Assembly: GCA_016703535.1 (NCBI GenBank)
Contig: JADJBV010000001.1
Location: forward strand, 6,382,270-6,446,269
DNA from: Deltaproteobacteria bacterium
GTDB lineage: Bacteria > Myxococcota > Kuafuiibacteriia > Kuafuiibacteriales > Kuafuiibacteriaceae
Reading direction: 5' to 3'
DNA length: 64,000 nt
The translations under genes were made by a program, and so were the position numbers. This document shows, piece after piece, positions 57,130 to 64,000 of this stretch (positions are counted from its first letter, which is position 1; the number at the start of each line of letters is the position of its first letter). The notes under the pieces were generated by a model. The model ran no database searches, had not been told where the DNA came from, and saw only the letters and a list, made by a program, of their open reading frames with translations.

Positions 57130-60100
57130 TCAGGGACCCACGCCGACCCCCACCCGCTGAGGCGGACGCGCCACGACCGGCGGGTCAGGCAACCGCGTGC
57201 GGAGCTGTTCGGTGATCTTGTCCTCGAGTGGCCCGAGGGTGAAGGTCATGAAGCTCCGGCCCGCCCGCCACTGGGTGGCGCCGGTGACCGTGCCGTCGTT
57301 GGTGATCGCCGAAAGCCCGGGTGTTCCCGCCAAGGCCGAGCGGTGGGTCAAGGTCGACTCGATCCCCGCCACGTAGCGGTTCATCAACAGCGCCTCGTTG
57401 GAGTCGGCGCCCAACTCGGTTACCACCCGATCGCGCCGGGCCCGTAGTTCGGTCAAGGCCGGGCTGCCGTCTCCCCCTTGCAGAGCCCGGGATCCCAAGC
57501 GGGCCAGGCCTTCGGCGTTGGGCATCGGTGAACGGGGGCGCATGTCGCTCAAGCGCGAGAGCACCGTGTGTTGTTCCCGGAGCCCCTCCCGCAGGCCTTG
57601 CAGGTGTTGGGTCTCGACCGGCAGTTGTCCGGCCGCGCTCAGCGCCTGTTGGTCGAGGCTCCGGGCCTGATCCACAAACTCACCACCTCGGCAGGCGTCG
57701 ATCACCCAGACCAAGTTGACGCCGTGATCCCGGGCGGTGCGGTTCAGCTGCTCGAGCTGCTCGGGGGTGATGTCGACCCGTTGCCCTCGTTCGTCGGTCA
57801 ACATCAGGCCCGAGACCTCGCGATCGCCGCGGGAGCCGAAGCTGCCGGTGTGGCCCGCGAAGTGGACCACCACGGTGCGCGGCCTGGTGCGACCTTCGGC
57901 GTCGAGCCGGGCCGCGGGGTCCCTCGGATCTCGGAGGATCTCGCCCTCGATGGCCCGCATCATGGTCTCGGGTGTGGGTCGGTGATGGACCTCGACCTGG
58001 CCCTCGGGGACGCCACCGTAACGACGGAACATGTCCGCGACCCGCTCGGAGCTGCGCTGAAACGAGGCCCGATCGCTGGCCGAACCCCGGCCCGAAAACG
58101 AAAGGACCTGGAGATCTCGACCTTCGGCCCGCGCCCCGGTCCGGGGATCGACCAAAAAGTCCTCGGTCTGGCCGTGGGCGACGCCGTTTTCCCGGGTGCG
58201 TTCGCCGCTGCGCAACAAGGTGGTCGCTCGGTAGTCGTCGATCTGGAACAAGGCGTTGAGCGGGATGGCGGGATCGGGCTGGTTGCCGGCGGCCCGATAG
58301 GCCTGCCGTGCCCGAGTGGAGGCCCGTTCACTCGCTTGGTATCCCGTGTCGAAGAAGACGCCGTATTGGTACCACTGGTTGCTGCTGGTCGCGCCGAGCC
58401 GTGCGTCGCTGATCAGATCTTGGGTGTTGGCCCGATCGCTGGTGGTCACCGCCCCCAGCTGGAAGGTGATGGCGGCGGAGCGGGTGTTGTTGGCCCGACC
58501 GTCCACCAAGGTGCGACGCACCGCCTCCAGATCCCGGTTGCGTTGACCCCGGGTGAAGTCGATGGGCCCTTCGCTGCTGGGCAAGCTCCCGTTTCGATCG
58601 AGTTGATCGAGGCGAGAGAAGGCCCGGACCGTCTCGTCAAAGTCGAGGCCTGGGTATCGTTCCCCAAAGGCCCGGCGGGCGGCGTCCAGATCTCCCGACG
58701 CCGGGATCAGGCCGGCCAGATCCGCCCGATCGATCGTGTATTCAGGGCCGGGACGACGACCGGTGCCGGGAGCCCGGAGGCGCACCGAATAGTCGCCACC
58801 ACCGTCCCGCACCGACTCGGCCGCCAACTGCAGTTCGGCGTGACGGGCTCCGCCGGGTCCACTCAGATCGAAGAGCTGGTGAATGCGCGAGCCAGCCCGG
58901 ATGTCGAGCTCGATGTTGGTCGGGGCCTGAAACACCTCGAGCTGTTGATCGATCTGCTGGAGGCGGTGGGTGAGCCGCTCCCGTTCGGGCAAGGAGGTGG
59001 CCGGATCCAGGAGTTGTCGCCGCACGCCCGTCCGTTCGCCCTGGAGTTGAGCCGCGGTGCCGCTGTCATCCCGCCGGACCCCGTCGCTGACGTTGGTCAA
59101 CAACCCCTCGAAGGAGGCCCGGGTCATGCCGGTTCGGCGCAACACGTCGTCGCGATAGGTTCGGTCCGAAAAGTAGCGCTGCAGCGAGATCTCGTTGGCG
59201 CCGGTGCCTCGGGCGGTGATCACCAAGGGCTCGCCGGTGCCCGTGTCTTGGGCCCGCAGGCGTAGGTTGTGGGCGTCGAAGGCCCGAACCACCGTCGCCT
59301 GATCCGCCTCTCGGGTGATGGTGCCCGCGGTGGGCTGGGGCAGGCTGATCTCCGCGCCGTTGGCGCCGAGCAGACGCTGGAGATCGTGGGTCGAGCTCAG
59401 GCGGGCCTCAAAGTCGGTGAGCAGCCGCTGGGCGTGGGCCGGGCTGGAGGCGTGCTGCAGCTGCTGAAACAGGCCGGTGCCGCCCAGCAAGTGAGCCCGC
59501 TCGGGCCCCAGCTGGCCGACCAAGGCGTAGGCCCGGGGCCTCAACTCGGCCGGCAGGTTCTCCACGGCCCGGGCGCTCTGCACCACGTCGACGGCGGAAT
59601 CAGCGGTGGCGGGCGTACGAAATCCGTCCCGAGCGAAGGCCTGGAAGATCGCGGTGCGGGTTTCGGCGTTGCCGGCCTCGTAGCCACTGCGCACCATGTC
59701 GGCGTTGTATTCGGCGTCGGTCGCTTCGCCCTCAGGCGGCACCGAGGGCGTAAACAAGGTCAACAGGTTGGCCCGTTCGGCGTCGGGGAGCTCGTTGAGC
59801 ATCCGCATCGCCTCGCCCCGGACCGCCGGCGGCTGGGCCAAGACGGTGCGGACCTCGGCCTGGGCCTGCTGCGAATAACCGTGGGCCCGCAAATACAACG
59901 CGGCCTCTTGGCCTTCGGCGGCGTTCATCGCCGGCAAGGTCCCGGCCCGGGTCTGTTCGGCCAACGCACCCCGGGCACCCTGCAGGTAGTCGTTTACCGC
60001 CCGGTTCCACTGGGTTTCGGTGGCCCGAGGAGGACGTTGGGCCTCCAACTGGCGCCGCAGTTCGGCCTCCCCCCGAGGCGAGGACAAGACCGACTGCATC

Positions 60101-61026
60101 ACCAACGCTTGATCGCCCGTCGCCGCCCGGCGCCCGACGTCTCGGAAGTGGGCGTCGTCGACTCGGCCGTTGAAGGTGACGGTGTCTGGGTTCCACGAGC
60201 TGCCAAAGGCCCGGGCGATCGCCGCCGCAGCTTCGGCCAAGGCCTCGCCGATCATCTCGAAGAAACCTGGGCCCTCGACCCGCTCCCCACGCAGGCCCTG
60301 GCGATCGCCGACGGTGGCCTCTCGGGCCGCGGCCGCTTCGGTGCCGCTGCGATCGAGGTGGCTGTCGACCACCTCACCGCCGGGTCCACCCAGGTGATAG
60401 GCCCGGGCGATCTCGCTGCCCGGGCGCAGGTCGATCTCGGTGCCGGGCGCTACGGTGCCGGAGTTGAGATCGTCGAGGAGCTCGTTGAGTTCGGCCGGAG
60501 CGATGCCGTGGCTGCGCAAGAAGTCTCGAAAACGGGCCGGGTCTTGATCGATCGCTTGACGGAGTTGTCCGGCGGTCAAGGTCTCATCGCCGATCCGAAA
60601 GCGCAGCTGCTGAGCCGCGCCGTTGCCGCTCTGCTCGAGGGAACGGCTGAGCAAGTCGCGGGTCAGGCCCAGTTGGCCGATGCTGCCGGTGTCGCCGCCC
60701 ACGCTCTGGATGCCAGCCCGTCGGCGCGCACCGACCCCGAGGTCCTCCCGCACGGCCACGTCGCCGGTGTGGGCCGGAGGTGGGGCTGGGGGGACCACCC
60801 CGCTGGCGCCGATCCCGCGGATCGGATCCCGGTTGCCCAGGGCGCAACCTTCACCCTCGGGGACCGCCTGGCCGATGGAGGCGCCGTTTTCGACCCGGTC
60901 GGCGTAGGCGTTCGGCCGGGGATCGGCCTCGGCCACCGGTTCACCACCCCCCACCTCGGACAACGGGGAAGGCCCGTCCGGGTTGGCCACGGGAAGGAGA
61001 TCACGGCGTCGTTCGACTGCACCCAC
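57130..61026 (-). CDS. 1298-aa protein with C-terminal caspase-like (peptidase C14/CHAT-like) domain
   Basis: VVVHFAGHTG (His) ... VNLVWVIDACRGGEF (Cys in a QACRG-like context). Confidence 0.6.
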   Translation of the reverse strand: MGAVERRRDLLPVANPDGPSPLSEVGGGEPVAEADPRPNAYADRVENGASIGQAVPEGEGCALGNRDPIRGIGASGVVPPAPPPAHTGDVAVREDLGVGARRRAGIQSVGGDTGSIGQLGLTRDLLSRSLEQSGNGAAQQLRFRIGDETLTAGQLRQAIDQDPARFRDFLRSHGIAPAELNELLDDLNSGTVAPGTEIDLRPGSEIARAYHLGGPGGEVVDSHLDRSGTEAAAAREATVGDRQGLRGERVEGPGFFEMIGEALAEAAAAIARAFGSSWNPDTVTFNGRVDDAHFRDVGRRAATGDQALVMQSVLSSPRGEAELRRQLEAQRPPRATETQWNRAVNDYLQGARGALAEQTRAGTLPAMNAAEGQEAALYLRAHGYSQQAQAEVRTVLAQPPAVRGEAMRMLNELPDAERANLLTLFTPSVPPEGEATDAEYNADMVRSGYEAGNAETRTAIFQAFARDGFRTPATADSAVDVVQSARAVENLPAELRPRAYALVGQLGPERAHLLGGTGLFQQLQHASSPAHAQRLLTDFEARLSSTHDLQRLLGANGAEISLPQPTAGTITREADQATVVRAFDAHNLRLRAQDTGTGEPLVITARGTGANEISLQRYFSDRTYRDDVLRRTGMTRASFEGLLTNVSDGVRRDDSGTAAQLQGERTGVRRQLLDPATSLPERERLTHRLQQIDQQLEVFQAPTNIELDIRAGSRIHQLFDLSGPGGARHAELQLAAESVRDGGGDYSVRLRAPGTGRRPGPEYTIDRADLAGLIPASGDLDAARRAFGERYPGLDFDETVRAFSRLDQLDRNGSLPSSEGPIDFTRGQRNRDLEAVRRTLVDGRANNTRSAAITFQLGAVTTSDRANTQDLISDARLGATSSNQWYQYGVFFDTGYQASERASTRARQAYRAAGNQPDPAIPLNALFQIDDYRATTLLRSGERTRENGVAHGQTEDFLVDPRTGARAEGRDLQVLSFSGRGSASDRASFQRSSERVADMFRRYGGVPEGQVEVHHRPTPETMMRAIEGEILRDPRDPAARLDAEGRTRPRTVVVHFAGHTGSFGSRGDREVSGLMLTDERGQRVDITPEQLEQLNRTARDHGVNLVWVIDACRGGEFVDQARSLDQQALSAAGQLPVETQHLQGLREGLREQHTVLSRLSDMRPRSPMPNAEGLARLGSRALQGGDGSPALTELRARRDRVVTELGADSNEALLMNRYVAGIESTLTHRSALAGTPGLSAITNDGTVTGATQWRAGRSFMTFTLGPLEDKITEQLRTRLPDPPVVARPPQRVGVGVGP

Positions 61027-61244
61027 CCTTCAAGGGATTGCACCGGTCATGCCAGGCCCAGTCCGGCCTTTCTGCCCTCGAAACGCGGCTCGGAGGGCTC
61101 GGCCGGGGCGTGACCAAGCAAGAGCTGCAGGTCAGGCGCGCAAGGTTGGCGGTGCTCCGGCGCACATGCCTCGCCGAGGGCCTTCGGGCACGATCCGGCC
61201 GCACCGTTGACGCCCAGCCTGGGATGAGCGAAACGCCGTCTCTC

Positions 61245-63167
61245 ATGTGCGGCATCGTCGGAGCGGTCGGCGCCATCGACGAGCGGGTGATCGCCGCCGT
61301 CAAGGCTGCGAACCAACGCATGGCCCACCGGGGCCCCGACGCCGAAGGGATCTGGAGCGACATCGGACCAGACGGGCGAGGGGTGGTCTTTGGCCACCGC
61401 CGTCTGGCGATCATCGATCTACGACCCGAGTCCAACCAGCCGATGGTCGAAGGCCGACAGGCCTTGGTCTTCAACGGCGAGATCTACAACTACCAAAGCC
61501 TTCGCAAGTCACTGCTGGAGCGGGGCCAGACCTTACGCACCGAAGGGGACACCGAGGTCTTGCTCCGTTCGGTCGAGCTCGACGGGCCGGCGGCTTTGGA
61601 TCGGCTCCGGGGCATGTTCGCCTTCGCCCAGTGGGATCGAGATCGCCGCCGGCTGCTCTTGGCCCGGGATCGGATCGGCGAAAAGCCCCTTTACCTGACG
61701 ACCATCGACGGTCCGGCGGGGCCGCTCCTCTTGTTCGCCTCCGAGGTGCGGGCCTTGTTGGCCACCGAGTTGGTGCCGCGGCGTTTGGACCCGGTGGGGC
61801 TCTCGGGCTTTTTGTGGAACGGCTTCGTGCCCGGCCCCAACACCTTGGTGCAGGGCATCCGTCGCTTGAGCGCCGGCACCTACGCCCAGGTGGAGTTGGC
61901 CGACGTGGGCCTCGAGGTCAGCGACCACCGCTACTGGCGTCTCCCGGCGGCCTCACCTCGGCCCGACGGTGATCGCTTGCTCGGGGAAGAGCTGCGGCGA
62001 GCGGTGGATCTGCAGCTGATGGCCGACGTGCCCTTGGGCGTGTTCCTCTCGGGCGGCATCGACTCGAGTTCGGTCGCGGCGTTGGCGGTGGCGGCCGGCC
62101 GGGGCCCGGTGCGGACCTTCAACCTCTCCTTCCCCGACGATCCGCTGGACGAGTCCCGCTACGCCAAGGCGGTGGCCCAAGGCCTCGGCACCGATCACAT
62201 CACCGTGCCCCTCGACGAAGGCGGGTTTGCAAGTCAACTTGACGCCGCCCTTTCGGCCCTGGATCAGCCGACCTTCGACGGCATCAATACTTACTTCGTC
62301 AGCCGAGCTGCTCGCGAAGCCGGAGTGACGGTGGCCTTGGCCGGCACCGGCGGCGACGAACTCTTCGGCGGCTACGCCAGCTTCGCCGATCTGCCCAAGC
62401 TGCGGCAGGCCTCGACCGCCACCCAGTTGTTGCCCAAACCTCTGCTGAAGTTGGCGGGGCAAGCGGTGGCCCGGGCCAAACTGGGGCCTTTTGGCGAGGT
62501 CCCGCCTCAGACCCGTTGGGGCAAGTTGGGTGAAGCCTTGGGCGCGGGCGGAGATCTGGTCGCCCTCTACCAACTCGCCTACGGGCTATTTTTGCCGGAC
62601 TTTTTGGCCGAACTTTCGGATCACGCGGGCCGCTTGCCGATCGGCCTGCCGCCGGCCCTCGAATCCCACGCCCGGGGTTTGGTCGAGGGTGCGCCCATCC
62701 TCCACGCGATCTCCTTGCTCGAGTTGACCTCCTTCACCGGCGAACGGCTCTTGCCCGACGGCGACGCGGCCAGCATGGCGGTGTCTTTGGAGGTGCGGGT
62801 GCCCCTCCTCGATCACCGGGTCATCGAGTCGGTGGCGGCGGTCGATCCCGAGCGGCGTTTTTTGCCGTCTCGCAAGAAGGCCCTCCTGCGGGAGTTGGCC
62901 TTGGGTAAGTTGGACCCGGCGATCTTCGATCGACCCAAGTCGGGCTTCGTGTTGCCGATCGAAGGTTGGTGCAAAAAGGGCCTGGCCCTCGAGGTCGGGC
63001 AGACCCTCTCGGATCCCCAGTTGGCCCAAAACGCCGGCCTACACCCCGAAACCGTGGGCCGACTGTGGCGGGCCTTTTCGGCGAACGCGCCCGGCCTCTA
63101 TTGGTCGCGAATCTGGGCCTTGTACGTCTTGCTCCGCTGGGTGCGCGAGCACAAGATGTCCGCATGA
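61245..63167 (+). CDS. asnB: Asparagine synthetase (glutamine-hydrolysing), AsnB family
   Basis: MCGIVGAVG class-II GATase N-terminus; SGGIDSS PP-loop; alternative ATG 61224. Confidence 0.85.
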   Translation: MCGIVGAVGAIDERVIAAVKAANQRMAHRGPDAEGIWSDIGPDGRGVVFGHRRLAIIDLRPESNQPMVEGRQALVFNGEIYNYQSLRKSLLERGQTLRTEGDTEVLLRSVELDGPAALDRLRGMFAFAQWDRDRRRLLLARDRIGEKPLYLTTIDGPAGPLLLFASEVRALLATELVPRRLDPVGLSGFLWNGFVPGPNTLVQGIRRLSAGTYAQVELADVGLEVSDHRYWRLPAASPRPDGDRLLGEELRRAVDLQLMADVPLGVFLSGGIDSSSVAALAVAAGRGPVRTFNLSFPDDPLDESRYAKAVAQGLGTDHITVPLDEGGFASQLDAALSALDQPTFDGINTYFVSRAAREAGVTVALAGTGGDELFGGYASFADLPKLRQASTATQLLPKPLLKLAGQAVARAKLGPFGEVPPQTRWGKLGEALGAGGDLVALYQLAYGLFLPDFLAELSDHAGRLPIGLPPALESHARGLVEGAPILHAISLLELTSFTGERLLPDGDAASMAVSLEVRVPLLDHRVIESVAAVDPERRFLPSRKKALLRELALGKLDPAIFDRPKSGFVLPIEGWCKKGLALEVGQTLSDPQLAQNAGLHPETVGRLWRAFSANAPGLYWSRIWALYVLLRWVREHKMSA

Positions 63168-64000
63168 GCGCCGCGCCGTCCCGCCGGTACTGCTTGATCA
63201 CCCCTTGCCGCGACGAGGCCGCTTACGCCCGTCGCTCCTTGGACAGCGTGGTCCGTCAGAGTGTGCCGCCGACCAAGTGGATCATCGTCGACGACGGCTC
63301 CACCGACGACACGCCCCAGATCTTGGCCGAATACGCGGCCCGTTTCCCGTTCATCCAGATCGTGACCCGCAAAGATCGCGGCAAACGGGCGGTGGGCCCG
63401 GGGGTGATCGACGCCTTCTACGCGGGTTGGGACCAGATCCGGCCCGCCGACTACGACTACGTCTGCAAGCTGGACCTCGATCTCGATCTACCGCCCCGAT
63501 ATTTCGAACGGCTGATGGAGTTGATGGAGGCCGATCCGCGCTTGGGTACGGTCAGCGGCAAGCCGTATTTTGAAGAGAACGGCGGCCTGGTCAGCGAAAA
63601 GTGCGGCGACGAGATGTCGGTCGGGATGACCAAGTTTTATCGAACTCGCTGCTTCGAGCAGATCGGCGGCTTCGTGCGCCAGGTGATGTGGGACGGCATC
63701 GACTGTCACCGGGCCCGGATGTTGGGCTGGAAGGCCGCTTCACTCGACGAATTGGAGCTCCGCTTCATCCACCTCCGGCCGATGGGTTCCTCCCAAAAGG
63801 GCATCTACACCGGCCGCATGCGCCACGGGTACGGCCAGTATTTTATGGGCACCGGCCTGCTCTACATGACGGCGAGTTCGGTCTTCCGCTTGACCCACCC
63901 GCCGGCCGTCACCGGCGCCGCCGCCATGTGGTGGGGCTACGCCAAGAGCCGCCTCAAAGGTGAGGCCCGCTACGACGACGAGGCCTTCCGTAAGTTTTTG
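63164..64000 (+). CDS. Family 2 glycosyltransferase, partial (runs off window)
   Basis: CLITPCRDEA...WIIVDDGSTDDT; ATGA overlap with the asnB stop. Confidence 0.7.
   Translation, partial: MSAAPSRRYCLITPCRDEAAYARRSLDSVVRQSVPPTKWIIVDDGSTDDTPQILAEYAARFPFIQIVTRKDRGKRAVGPGVIDAFYAGWDQIRPADYDYVCKLDLDLDLPPRYFERLMELMEADPRLGTVSGKPYFEENGGLVSEKCGDEMSVGMTKFYRTRCFEQIGGFVRQVMWDGIDCHRARMLGWKAASLDELELRFIHLRPMGSSQKGIYTGRMRHGYGQYFMGTGLLYMTASSVFRLTHPPAVTGAAAMWWGYAKSRLKGEARYDDEAFRKFL

Noticed and set aside
57568-61113. 565-aa and 614-aa plus ORFs
   Set aside because: Antisense to the 1298-aa caspase-like protein gene.

Overview
High-GC sequence (about 70% by eye) that looks like a Myxococcota chromosome: one large protein ends in a MYXO-CTERM-type tail (GCGC..LLFLLRRRR) and there are very many lipobox lipoproteins. 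Coding density is high; most long ORFs antisense to real genes in the six-frame track are high-GC artefacts and were rejected. Left part (1-12 kb): the end of a type VI secretion operon on the minus strand (tssM partial, tssL, tssK, tssJ) with unusual accessory genes. These are a vWA-TM-FHA protein overlapping tssJ, a divergent PP2C phosphatase fused to FHA, a coupled vWA-like protein and an SGNH hydrolase. Middle (12-26 kb): a lipoprotein-rich block, including a 1350-aa lipoprotein with about 17 tandem Cys-rich modules, Kelch propellers and a chitobiase-C-like domain. It also holds an FGE-sulfatase-domain protein and a three-gene operon of a 22-23-heme cytochrome c, a 7-heme cytochrome c and a cytochrome b. 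The region 26.6-40.4 kb is a mosaic accessory region. It contains a C-terminal remnant of a fatty-acid-hydroxylase/sterol-desaturase gene and an RNA-repair-like pair (PF09414-type RNA ligase coupled to an HD-domain/P-loop kinase fusion). It also contains two degraded IS91-family transposase copies in direct orientation that share a near-identical segment of about 165 bp, and a 3' fragment of a Kelch-repeat gene. Within it sits a visibly lower-GC island of about 8.3 kb (about 30.15-38.44 kb). The island encodes a ThsA-like SIR2-SLOG protein translationally coupled to a short ThiC-family enzyme, plus an unknown protein, a DUF4065(Panacea)-DUF488 fusion, an HExxH peptidase-like protein and a small Vsr-like protein. 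A convergent SAM-methyltransferase/DUF1848 (Fe-S) pair completes it. No TIR (ThsB) partner is visible, so this is a candidate undescribed defence/signalling system. Right part (40-64 kb): core-genome-like genes (Zn-ADH, AAA+ ATPase operon, PKD lipoprotein, PAS hybrid histidine kinase, LVIVD/di-heme peroxidase protein with MYXO-CTERM, 1298-aa protein with a caspase-like domain, asnB, GT2). No CRISPR array, rRNA or confident tRNA was seen.
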